From: Massilia sp.
GTDB lineage: Bacteria; Pseudomonadota; Gammaproteobacteria; Burkholderiales; Burkholderiaceae_D
NCBI GenBank assembly: GCA_045810505.1
Contig: JBJMVV010000340.1
Location: forward strand, 1-24,000
Direction: 5' to 3'
Length of the DNA: 24,000 bases
Shown: piece by piece, positions 9,801 through 16,936 of the stretch
Layout: every line of letters begins with the position of its first letter
Position numbering within the stretch: position 1 is the first letter of the stretch
Notes under the pieces: generated by a model
Seen by the model: only the letters and a program-made list of their open reading frames with translations
Told to the model about the DNA's origin: nothing
Databases searched by the model: none
Made by a program: the position numbers and the translations under genes

Positions 9801-10415
9801 ATGGCCGCGCCCCCGGCATTCAATAGCCGCAATCCACTCGAGCCTGGCTTCTGGGACGAGCGCTTCGAGCGGGGTTTTACGCCCTGGGACCGGGGCGGCG
9901 TGCCGCAGGCGCTGCGCGATTTCGCGGCCGCATCAAGGCCCATGGTGACCCTGATCCCCGGCTGCGGTGCCGCCTACGAACTGGCCTACCTGTGCGAACA
10001 GGGCTGGGATGCCACGGCCATCGATTTCGCGCCGGCCGCAGTGGACAAGGCGAGGGCAGGCCTGTCGCAGTACGCCGATCGCGTCGTGCTGGCCGACTTT
10101 TTTGCCTGGCAAGCCGCTAGGCCCCTGCAACTGATTTATGAGCGCGCATTCCTGTGCGCTTTTCCGCGTGCGATGTGGCAGCAGGTGGCGGACCGCTACG
10201 CGGCCCTCCTGCCCGCCGGCGCCTTGCTGGCCGGATTCTTCTTTTTTGACGAGAACGAAAAAGGCCCGCCCTTCGGCATCACCACCGAGCGCCTCGATCA
10301 ATTGCTGTCACCCTATTTCGAGCGTATGGCCGATGCAGCCGTCAGCGATTCCATTCGCGTGTTTGAAGGCAAGGAACGCTGGCAGGTGTGGCGACGGCGT
10401 GCCGACAAGGCTTGA
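9801..10415 (+). CDS. TPMT-family SAM-dependent methyltransferase (thiopurine/thiol/halide methyltransferase-like)
   Basis: Motifs FWDERFERGFTPWD, LIPGCGAAYE, YERAFLCAFPRAMW and KGPPFGIT match my recollection of the TPMT family. The start is 3 nt after the ubiB stop. Confidence 0.7.
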   Translation: MAAPPAFNSRNPLEPGFWDERFERGFTPWDRGGVPQALRDFAAASRPMVTLIPGCGAAYELAYLCEQGWDATAIDFAPAAVDKARAGLSQYADRVVLADFFAWQAARPLQLIYERAFLCAFPRAMWQQVADRYAALLPAGALLAGFFFFDENEKGPPFGITTERLDQLLSPYFERMADAAVSDSIRVFEGKERWQVWRRRADKA

Positions 10416-10441
10416 CAAGCATGTGACATAAGTCGCACAAT
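10412..10441 (+). promoter_or_regulatory. Candidate sigma70 promoter of the blaI operon (TTGACA-N18-CACAAT)
   Basis: Perfect -35 TTGACA at 10412-10417, which overlaps the TPMT stop. -10-like CACAAT at 10436-10441. SD AGGAG at 10457-10461 lies 9 nt before the ATG at 10471. Confidence 0.4.
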
Positions 10442-10470
10442 GGTGTCTACCGTCACAGGAGCCCGCTGCC

Positions 10471-10854
10471 ATGTCCATTCCCTCGATTTCCGAACTGAGC
10501 CTGTTAAAAGCCCTGTGGCGCCAGCAGCCCCTGAGCGCCCGTGAAATTCACGACGCCGTCGTCGATGAAATGGGCTGGTCGTTTTCGTCCACCCGCAAGA
10601 CGCTCGAGCGCATGCTGGAGAAGGGCATGGTCAGCCAGCAGGTGCGCCACGGCGTGCAGGTCTACGAGGCGGTGGCCGAAAAAGTCGATACCCTGGCCGC
10701 CTTTGCCCACGACTTCGGCCGGCGCATCATGGAAATCGATACGCCTTTGCCCGTCACCATGTTCACCGGCAGCAAGCTGGTCGACAAGCAAGAACTGGCG
10801 CAACTGGAACAGTTGCTGCAGGATTGGCCGGAGGAAGACGGAGGCGCGCAATGA
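10471..10854 (+). CDS. blaI: BlaI/MecI/CopY-family winged-helix transcriptional repressor
   Basis: 127 aa with family-typical N-terminus ..ELSLLKALWRQQPLSAREIHDAV..WSFSSTRKTLERMLEKGMV... It is immediately followed by, and overlaps, an M56 sensor-protease gene. Confidence 0.8.
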   Translation: MSIPSISELSLLKALWRQQPLSAREIHDAVVDEMGWSFSSTRKTLERMLEKGMVSQQVRHGVQVYEAVAEKVDTLAAFAHDFGRRIMEIDTPLPVTMFTGSKLVDKQELAQLEQLLQDWPEEDGGAQ

Positions 10855-12677
10855 GCGGCCTCGACCTGTTCAGCATGCGCTTCGCTCTGGCCAGTTTCGC
10901 CTGCCTCGCTGCCGGACTGGGTGTGTGGCCGATTGCCATGCTGTGCCGCAAATACCTGCCCGCGCTGGCGCTGCAGCGCTCGGTGTGGCTGCTGGGCCAG
11001 TTGGCCATTGCCGCCACCTTTGTGTTTGCCTTGATGCCGCAGACGGAAACCCTGCGCGTCGTGCCCGCCATCGAGGTCAATGAGCAGGGAGAGATAGCGC
11101 CGCAGGAACCGGCCGGCGAGATCACCGAGAATGCAGCGCCGCCAGCGCCGGCCGCGGCGCCCGTGTCTGCCATCAACTGGCCCCTGCGCGCCGCCCAGGG
11201 CTGGCTCGGCATCTATCTGCTCGGTGCAGCAATTGCATTTGGCCGCTTGCTGCGCAGCCAGCACACCATTGCCCGCCTTGCTGGCGCCGGCTTGCCGCTG
11301 GCCACGCTGGCCCGGCATGAAGGCTTCGCCAGCATCGAGGCTGCACCGCCCGTGATCGAGGTCGACGCGCCCATTTCGCCGATGCTGTTCGGCATTGTGA
11401 AACCGCGCCTGTTGCTGCCCTTGCAGTTGCGCAGTTTCGATAGCACGCAGCAGCGCCTGATCATCGCGCACGAACTAACCCACTGGCGCCGCCACGACCT
11501 GCAATGGATGGGCGCGGCTGTCATCCTGCAAACCCTGTTCTGGTTTCATCCCCTCATGCGCGAATTGCGCCGGCACCTGTGCTGGGCCCAGGAACTGGCA
11601 TGCGATCGCGCCGTGCTGCATGGCCGCCCACCGGCCGAGCGCAAGGCATACGCCGCAGCCTTGTTGGCCCAGCTGAAAACCCAGTTGCGCCCAAGCGCGC
11701 CCGTGCTCGCCTTTGGTGGCGGCGGCTTGCACAGCCTGACCTCGCGCATTGCCCTGATCCGCGCCCCATTCACGGGCGCCCGTTCGACCCTGGCCCGCTG
11801 GGTGGCCGGCGCGGCGCTCGCGGGCGTGTTCCTCGTCAATCTTGCCTTGCAGCCTGCGCTGGCCTGGCGTGGTGCGCCGCCGCCGTTGCCAACACCGGCC
11901 ATTGGCGCCAGCCAGCCCATCGCTGCCGCCGACGGCACGCTCGACTGCACTCTCATCGTCGACGCCGCCAGCGGCAAGCAACTCGTCAGCGAAGGCGCCT
12001 GCGACACCCGCGTCACCCCCGCCTCGACTTTTAATATTGTCGTCAGCCTGATGGGCTTTGACAGCGGCATCCTGCGCGATGCCCACGCGCCCTTGCTGCA
12101 ATACAAGGCTGGCGGCGGCTTTGCCGACTGGAATCCGAAATGGCGCCGCGCCACCGACCCCACCAGCTGGATCGTCAACTCCAGCGCCTGGTATGCCCAG
12201 CAGGTCACGGCGAAACTGGGCGAGCAGCGCATGGCCGCCTACCTCGACAGTTTTGACTACGGCAACCGCGACGGCTCGGGCGATCCGGGCAAGCACAATG
12301 GCTTGAAAATGTCGTGGATCAGTTCTTCGATGCAAATTTCGCCAAGGGAGCAGGTCGCCTTCCTGCGCAAGGTGGCCCAGCGCGAACTGCCCATCTCGGC
12401 GCACGCCTACGAGGTGTCCGAGCAGATCCTGGCCGTGCCTGCCGGTGGCGGCTGGCAAGCCTACGGCAAGACGGGCACGGCGGCCCCGCGACTGATCGAT
12501 GGCAAGGTCGACCAGACCCACTCCTATGGCTGGTTCGTCGGCTGGGCCCGCAAGGACGGCCGCACCATCGTGTTCGCCCGTTTGCTGAAAGACCAGGACC
12601 GTCCCGGCAGCGCCGCCGGTCCCCGCCTCAAGCAAGCCTTCCTGCAAACCTTGCCTGCCCGTTTCGACGCCCTGTAA
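10851..12677 (+). CDS. blaR1: BlaR1/MecR1-like signal transducer: M56 zinc-peptidase membrane domain fused to a class-D beta-lactamase/PBP-like sensor domain (variant S-T-F-N motif)
   Basis: HELTHWRRHD plus downstream QELACD (M56 motifs). The C-terminal domain has PASTFN(IVVSLMGFDSG), FDYGN, SWISSSMQISPREQVAFL, YGKTGTA and GWFVGW, which are OXA/BlaR sensor landmarks. Start 10851 is chosen for the ATGA overlap with the blaI stop; the tracked 10824 lies inside blaI. Confidence 0.82.
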   Translation: MSGLDLFSMRFALASFACLAAGLGVWPIAMLCRKYLPALALQRSVWLLGQLAIAATFVFALMPQTETLRVVPAIEVNEQGEIAPQEPAGEITENAAPPAPAAAPVSAINWPLRAAQGWLGIYLLGAAIAFGRLLRSQHTIARLAGAGLPLATLARHEGFASIEAAPPVIEVDAPISPMLFGIVKPRLLLPLQLRSFDSTQQRLIIAHELTHWRRHDLQWMGAAVILQTLFWFHPLMRELRRHLCWAQELACDRAVLHGRPPAERKAYAAALLAQLKTQLRPSAPVLAFGGGGLHSLTSRIALIRAPFTGARSTLARWVAGAALAGVFLVNLALQPALAWRGAPPPLPTPAIGASQPIAAADGTLDCTLIVDAASGKQLVSEGACDTRVTPASTFNIVVSLMGFDSGILRDAHAPLLQYKAGGGFADWNPKWRRATDPTSWIVNSSAWYAQQVTAKLGEQRMAAYLDSFDYGNRDGSGDPGKHNGLKMSWISSSMQISPREQVAFLRKVAQRELPISAHAYEVSEQILAVPAGGGWQAYGKTGTAAPRLIDGKVDQTHSYGWFVGWARKDGRTIVFARLLKDQDRPGSAAGPRLKQAFLQTLPARFDAL

Positions 12678-12696
12678 TACTTCACTGGAGAACTGC

Positions 12697-13545
12697 ATGA
12701 ACCTGATCCACCGGGCGCTCGCCTGCGCCCTGCTGGCTGGCTGCGCCACGCCTGTACTTGCCGACAACTGGAACGCGCCCCAGGAACCGTTCGCCATTTA
12801 CGGCAACACGTACTATGTCGGACCACGCGGCGTCAGCGCCGTGTTGATCACCTCGCCAGCGGGCCACATCCTCATCGACGGCGGCAGCGTCGAGTCGCCC
12901 ACGCAGATCGCCGCCCATATCCGCCAACTGGGTTTCAAGGTCGAGGACGTCAAATACATCCTCAATTCCCACGAGCACCACGACCACGCGGGCGGCATTG
13001 CGGCCTTGCAGAAGATGTCGGGCGCCACCGTGATTGCCAGCGAGGCCGGCGCGCTGGTGCTGCGTAGCGGCAAACCCGGCAAAGCCGATCCCCAGTACTC
13101 GGAGGAGCCCCAGCCGATGGGGCCTGCGGCGAACGTGCGCGCCATTGTCGATGGCGGCGTCGTCACAGTTGGCAATGTCCGCGTCACCGCACACGCCACG
13201 CCGGGCCACACGCCGGGCGGGACCAGCTGGGCCTGGCAATCAAGCGAATCCGGCCGCGCCGCGAATATGGTCTACGCCGACAGCCTGAGCGCCTACGCCG
13301 AGCCACCGTTCCGCTACATGGGCAGCACCGCCAGGACGGACCTGGAGCATTCGATCGCCACGGTGGCCAGCCTGCCCTGCGACATCCTCATTTCCGCGCA
13401 TCCGGAGTTCAGTGACTTATGGGAGCGGAAGGCGAGGGCGGAGAAGGAAGGGCACGCGGGGTTTATTGATACGGCTGCCTGCAAGGCCTACGCTGACAAG
13501 GGCGCCAAACGTTTAAAACAATTGCTTGCAGAAGAGGCGAAGTAG
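12697..13545 (+). CDS. Subclass B3 metallo-beta-lactamase
   Basis: B3-typical NWNAPQEPFAIYGNTYYVGPRGVSAVLITSPAGHILIDGG. Zinc ligands are present: SHEHHDHAGG (H116/H118/D120/H121 equivalents), TPGHTPGG (H196) and ISAHPE (H263). N-terminal signal peptide. GGAG RBS. Starts 19 nt after the blaR1 stop. Confidence 0.85.
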   Translation: MNLIHRALACALLAGCATPVLADNWNAPQEPFAIYGNTYYVGPRGVSAVLITSPAGHILIDGGSVESPTQIAAHIRQLGFKVEDVKYILNSHEHHDHAGGIAALQKMSGATVIASEAGALVLRSGKPGKADPQYSEEPQPMGPAANVRAIVDGGVVTVGNVRVTAHATPGHTPGGTSWAWQSSESGRAANMVYADSLSAYAEPPFRYMGSTARTDLEHSIATVASLPCDILISAHPEFSDLWERKARAEKEGHAGFIDTAACKAYADKGAKRLKQLLAEEAK

Positions 13546-13550
13546 AAAAT

Positions 13551-13579
13551 GGGGACAGGCACCTCCGGCGCCAGTCCCC
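13551..13579. repeat. REP-like element, 'F' orientation
   Basis: GAAAAT-GGGGACAGGCACCTCCGGCGCCAGTCCCC, 5 nt after the MBL stop. Confidence 0.7.
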
Positions 13580-13613
13580 CCTGCTGCAAGCGTCACGGCG
13601 ACTCGATTAGCAG

Positions 13614-13641
13614 GGGGACTGGCGCCGAAGGTGCCTGTCCC
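13614..13641. repeat. REP-like element, 'R' orientation, followed by ATTTTT
   Basis: GATTAGCA-GGGGGACTGGCGCCGAAGGTGCCTGTCCC. This is the reverse complement of the 13551 copy, identical at 27 of 28 aligned positions. Confidence 0.7.
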
Positions 13642-13717
13642 ATTTTTCGCGTTTCGTCAAACGGCTTCCTTAACTGAACGGCATTACGGCTCCGCGGGGA
13701 TTTTTACCTGATTAATC

Positions 13718-13752
13718 CACACAAAAGTAGGGGTGCACTTTTGTGTGTTTTC
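13718..13752 (+). terminator. Plus-strand hairpin with T-run (CACACAAAAGT-AGGGGTGC-ACTTTTGTGTG-TTTTC); likely end of the bla operon transcript
   Basis: Perfect 11-bp stem followed by TTTT. Confidence 0.5.
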
Positions 13753-13777
13753 AAAAAAATAGCCCGCTTGCGCGGGC
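13753..13777 (-). terminator. Minus-strand intrinsic terminator (GCCCGC-GCAA-GCGGGC, then UA and U7)
   Basis: On the minus strand this is a 6-bp GC stem with a GNRA tetraloop, followed 2 nt later by seven T. On the plus strand no T-run is adjacent. Confidence 0.5.
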
Positions 13778-13878
13778 CATTAATGCTTTCTTTTTGTATG
13801 TCTTGCGGCGACTGTGCGCGCGAAAATTCTGTTTCTTGATGCGGGTGCGTTATCCCGCCACCAACGTCATGCGTTAGC
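13753..13878 (-). ncRNA. Hypothetical ~125-nt small RNA (predicted only from promoter plus terminator)
   Basis: Bounded by the candidate promoter above and the minus-strand terminator. It contains a GCGGG..CCCGC hairpin and an A-rich stretch (ACAUACAAAAAGAAAGCAUUAAU) before the terminator. There is no credible ORF or RBS. Confidence 0.25.
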
Positions 13879-13884
13879 GATGGT

Positions 13885-13913
13885 ATTAAAACACTAGTGT
13901 TGTCCGTCGGCAA
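13885..13913 (-). promoter_or_regulatory. Candidate minus-strand sigma70 promoter (TTGCCG-N17-TTTAAT)
   Basis: -35 at 13913..13908 and -10 at 13890..13885, read on the minus strand. It faces the minus-strand terminator about 110 nt downstream. Confidence 0.3.
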
Positions 13914-13998
13914 AGTGATTTTCATCCAGTGCGCAGCAAAAACAACACCTGAGACCGCTCGCACCGCAACTTGTCGCCAACCAACTTGTCCCTTTTGC

Positions 13999-14035
13999 CA
14001 TCGACTGTCGATGCCTGCCGCAAAAGCTTTATAAT
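13999..14035 (+). promoter_or_regulatory. Candidate promoter of the fmdB-DUF502-aspS unit: perfect TATAAT (14030-14035) with a perfect 15-nt palindrome CATCGAC-T-GTCGATG (13999-14013) in the -35 region
   Basis: TATAAT lies 32 nt upstream of ATG 14068. The palindrome is read directly. There is no canonical -35. Confidence 0.4.
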
Positions 14036-14067
14036 TCAGGGTTTTGACGATTTTTGCGGAGTTCTCG

Positions 14068-14373
14068 ATGCCGATTTACGCTTACCGCTGCGATGAATGC
14101 GGGTTTGCCAAGGATGTGTTGCAGAAGATCGCCGACCCCGTGCTGACGGTCTGCCCTTCTTGCGGCAAGTCATCCTTCAAGAAGCAGGTCACCGCCGCAG
14201 GCTTTCAACTGAAGGGCACGGGCTGGTACGCCACCGATTTCCGCGGCGGCACGCCGCCTGCGACCGGCACGGCCACCGGTCCCGTCGACAAGCCGGCGCC
14301 GGCCGCCGCCAGCGACAGCGCGCCAGCAGCACCGGCCGCGCCCGCGGCGCCGACAACCGACAGCAAGTCCTGA
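14068..14373 (+). CDS. FmdB-family zinc-ribbon putative regulatory protein
   Basis: MPIYAYRCDECGF..VCPSCGKSSFKKQV..GTGWYATDF, with two CxxC pairs and an Ala/Pro-rich tail. GGAG lies 8 nt upstream of 14068. The tracked start 14044 has no RBS. Confidence 0.8.
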   Translation: MPIYAYRCDECGFAKDVLQKIADPVLTVCPSCGKSSFKKQVTAAGFQLKGTGWYATDFRGGTPPATGTATGPVDKPAPAAASDSAPAAPAAPAAPTTDSKS

Positions 14374-14439
14374 ACTGCCAGCGGGCGGCCGTCGGCGGCC
14401 CGCGCGAACTGAACTTGACACCACCAACCCGAGAACCCG

Positions 14440-15066
14440 ATGCGTAAATACTTCATCACCGGCCTGCTGATCCTGGTGCCCCTGGCGATTACCGCATGGG
14501 TGCTCAACCTGGTCATCAGCACGATGGACCAGTCGCTCCTGATCGTGCCGGAGCGCTGGCAGCCGCGCACCATGTTCGGGTTTGATATCCCGGGCCTGGG
14601 CACGATCCTGACCATCTGCATCGTGTTCCTCACCGGTCTGCTGACCAACAACCTGGTCGGCAACTACGTGGTGCGCATGTGGGAAAAGCTGCTGCAGCGC
14701 ATTCCCGTCGTCAGCTCGCTGTATGGCAGCGTCAAGCAGGTGTCCGACACCCTGTTCTCGTCGTCCGGCAACGCCTTCCGCAAGGCCGTGCTGCTGCCGT
14801 ATCCCCACGCCGATTCCTGGACCATTGGTTTTCTCACCGGGGTGCCGGGCGGCGACGTCAGGAACCACCTGGTGGGCGACTATGTCAGTGTGTATGTGCC
14901 GACCACGCCGAACCCCACCTCGGGCTTTTTCCTCATGCTCGAGCGCAGCAAGGTCGTCGAACTCGACATGACGGTTGACGCAGCCCTCAAATACATCGTC
15001 TCGATGGGCGTCGTCGCCCCCGAGCACCTGCCGGTCAAACCGCCGGCAGCGACCGAAATTAACTAA
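14440..15066 (+). CDS. DUF502 family membrane protein
   Basis: Two N-terminal TM helices, then ..[18 protein letters not shown].. and [13 protein letters not shown], which are typical of DUF502. Confidence 0.75.
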   Translation: MRKYFITGLLILVPLAITAWVLNLVISTMDQSLLIVPERWQPRTMFGFDIPGLGTILTICIVFLTGLLTNNLVGNYVVRMWEKLLQRIPVVSSLYGSVKQVSDTLFSSSGNAFRKAVLLPYPHADSWTIGFLTGVPGGDVRNHLVGDYVSVYVPTTPNPTSGFFLMLERSKVVELDMTVDAALKYIVSMGVVAPEHLPVKPPAATEIN

Positions 15067-15082
15067 CCTGGATCGAAAAATT

Positions 15083-16888
15083 ATGTCCTCCATGCGTACT
15101 CACTACTGCGGCCTCGTCACCGAGGAACTGCTTGGCCAAACCGTCAGCCTGTGCGGCTGGGTGCATCGCCGGCGCGACCACGGCGGCGTGATTTTTATTG
15201 ACCTGCGCGACCGCGAAGGCCTGGTGCAGATCGTCTGCCATCCCGACAACGCCGCCGTTTTCAAGGCGTCGGAAGCGGTGCGTAACGAATACTGCCTGCG
15301 CATCACCGGCACCGTCACCAACCGCCTCGAAGGCACCGTCAACGCCAACCTCAAATCGGGCAAGATCGAGATCACCGCCACCGATGTGGAAGTGTTGAAC
15401 GCCTCGGTGGCCGTACCGTTCCAGCTCGACGACGACAACCTGTCCGAGACCACCCGCCTGACCCACCGCGTGCTCGACCTGCGCCGCCCGCAGATGCAAA
15501 ACAATCTGCGCCTGCGTTACAAGGTCACGATGGAAGTGCGCAAGTACCTCGACAACCTGGGCTTCATCGACATTGAAACGCCGATGCTGACCAAGTCGAC
15601 ACCCGAAGGCGCGCGCGACTACCTGGTGCCGTCGCGCGTCAACGCCGGCAAATTCTTCGCCCTGCCGCAATCGCCCCAGCTGTTCAAGCAGCTGCTGATG
15701 GTGGCGAACTTCGACCGCTACTACCAGATCACCAAGTGCTTCCGCGACGAAGACCTGCGCGCCGACCGCCAGCCTGAATTCACCCAGATCGACTGCGAGA
15801 CTTCCTTCCTGTCCGAGCAGGAGATCCGCGACCTGTTCGAAGACATGATCCGCGTCGTGTTTAAAAACACCCTCGACATCGACCTGCCGAATCCCTTCCC
15901 GGTGATGGATTTTGCCACCGCGATGGGTCTGTATGGCTCCGACAAGCCGGACATGCGCGTCAAAATGCAGTTCACCGATCTGACGGAAGTAATGAAGACG
16001 GTCGACTTCAAGGTGTTTGCGGGCGTGGCCAATTCGGTCGGCGGCCGCATCGTCGGCCTGCGCGTACCGCAAGGCGGCAACATGCCCCGTTCGGAAATCG
16101 ACGCCTACACCCAGTTCGTCGGCATTTACGGCGCCAAGGGCCTGGCTTACATCAAGGTCAACGAAAAGGCCAAAGGCCGTGACGGCCTGCAGTCGCCCAT
16201 CGTGAAAAACCTGCACGATGAAGCGCTGGCAAACATCGTCGCGATGACGGGCGCCGAAGACGGCGACCTGATTTTCTTCGGCGCCGACAAGGCCAAGGTC
16301 GTCAACGACGCCATTGGCGCGCTGCGCGTGAAAATCGGCCACTCGGACTTCGGCAAGAAAGCCGATCTGTTCGAAGACCGCTGGGCGCCGCTGTGGGTGA
16401 TCGACTTCCCCATGTTCGAGCACGATGAAGAGAGCGGCCGCTGGAACGCCACCCACCACCCCTTCACGGCCCCGAAAGACGGCCACGAAGACATGCTGGA
16501 AACCGATCCGGGCGCTTGCATCTCCAAGGCTTACGACATGGTCCTGAATGGCTGGGAACTGGGCGGCGGCTCGATCCGTATCCACCGCGAAGAAGTCCAG
16601 AGCAAGGTATTCCGCGCCCTGAAGATCGACGCCGAAGAAGCCCAGCTGAAATTCGGCTTCCTGCTCGACGCCCTGCAATACGGCGCGCCTCCGCACGGCG
16701 GCCTGGCGTTTGGCCTGGACCGCATCGTCACCATGATGACCGGTTCCGACTCGATCCGCGACGTCATCGCCTTCCCGAAAACCCAGCGCGCACAGGATCT
16801 GTTGACCAATGCGCCGTCGGAAGTGGACGAGAAGCAGCTGCGTGAACTGCATATCCGCTTGCGGAACGCTGAAGCCAAGGTGGTGTAA
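15083..16888 (+). CDS. aspS: Aspartate--tRNA ligase (possibly non-discriminating)
   Basis: [11 protein letters not shown].., [46 protein letters not shown] and GLDRIV. Start 15083 is preferred over the tracked 14975, which overlaps the DUF502 gene. Confidence 0.95.
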   Translation: MSSMRTHYCGLVTEELLGQTVSLCGWVHRRRDHGGVIFIDLRDREGLVQIVCHPDNAAVFKASEAVRNEYCLRITGTVTNRLEGTVNANLKSGKIEITATDVEVLNASVAVPFQLDDDNLSETTRLTHRVLDLRRPQMQNNLRLRYKVTMEVRKYLDNLGFIDIETPMLTKSTPEGARDYLVPSRVNAGKFFALPQSPQLFKQLLMVANFDRYYQITKCFRDEDLRADRQPEFTQIDCETSFLSEQEIRDLFEDMIRVVFKNTLDIDLPNPFPVMDFATAMGLYGSDKPDMRVKMQFTDLTEVMKTVDFKVFAGVANSVGGRIVGLRVPQGGNMPRSEIDAYTQFVGIYGAKGLAYIKVNEKAKGRDGLQSPIVKNLHDEALANIVAMTGAEDGDLIFFGADKAKVVNDAIGALRVKIGHSDFGKKADLFEDRWAPLWVIDFPMFEHDEESGRWNATHHPFTAPKDGHEDMLETDPGACISKAYDMVLNGWELGGGSIRIHREEVQSKVFRALKIDAEEAQLKFGFLLDALQYGAPPHGGLAFGLDRIVTMMTGSDSIRDVIAFPKTQRAQDLLTNAPSEVDEKQLRELHIRLRNAEAKVV

Positions 16889-16897
16889 CACGTAGGC

Positions 16898-16924
16898 GGG
16901 GACTGGTCCTGCGGACCTGTCCCC
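16898..16924. repeat. REP-like variant, 'R' orientation (GGGGACTGGTCC-TGC-GGACCTGTCCCC), followed by ATTTT
   Basis: Lies 9 nt after the aspS stop and has the same outer arms as the other copies. Confidence 0.6.
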
Positions 16925-16936
16925 ATTTTGACCTGC

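Noticed and set aside
10662-12797. Minus-strand ORFs of 269 aa (10662-11471) and 440 aa (11475-12797), antisense to blaR1
   Set aside because: blaR1 on the plus strand carries HExxH, ExxCD, YGN and KTG landmarks. The antisense ORFs are Arg/Ala/Gly-rich shadows, and the second one also runs into the MBL gene.
10416-13700. The bla cassette considered as a mobile element or genomic island
   Set aside because: I see no transposase, integrase, tRNA target, terminal inverted repeats or direct-repeat scars. Its G+C looks like that of its neighbours. The flanking REP copies belong to the genome-wide-looking family rather than to an IS. The block is accessory-looking in function only.
13704-13964. 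86-aa minus-strand ORF in the AT-rich gap
   Set aside because: It starts at GTG without an RBS and reads straight through both terminator hairpins. The translation has no protein-like features.
13894-14001. 35-aa Cys-rich minus-strand ORF (MAKGTSWLATSCGASGLRCCFCCALDENHFADGQH)
   Set aside because: The five Cys residues are eye-catching, but there is no Shine-Dalgarno. The ATG lies inside the 15-nt palindrome, and the ORF overlaps the candidate sRNA promoter. It is most likely fortuitous, and ribosome profiling could revisit it.
14381-14403. GC-rich near-palindrome GCGGGCGGCCG-T-CGGCGGCCCGC after the fmdB-like stop, considered as a terminator
   Set aside because: No T-run follows it and the DUF502 gene starts 37 nt later. 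It is more likely an intra-operon stabiliser or mere GC palindromy.
14975-15082. Upstream start-codon extensions in the ORF track (aspS 14975, Tim44-like 6383, blaR1 10824, fmdB-like 14044, yqaA-like 89)
   Set aside because: The extensions overlap the preceding gene or lack an RBS, and they add non-homologous N-termini. The chosen internal starts have an SD or ATGA coupling and family-typical N-termini. For the yqaA-like gene the frame is actually open to the window edge.
15059-16891. 610-aa ORF antisense to aspS
   Set aside because: It covers exactly the aspS span. The AspRS motifs on the plus strand are unambiguous, and the antisense product is low-complexity (V/A/G/D/R/H-rich).
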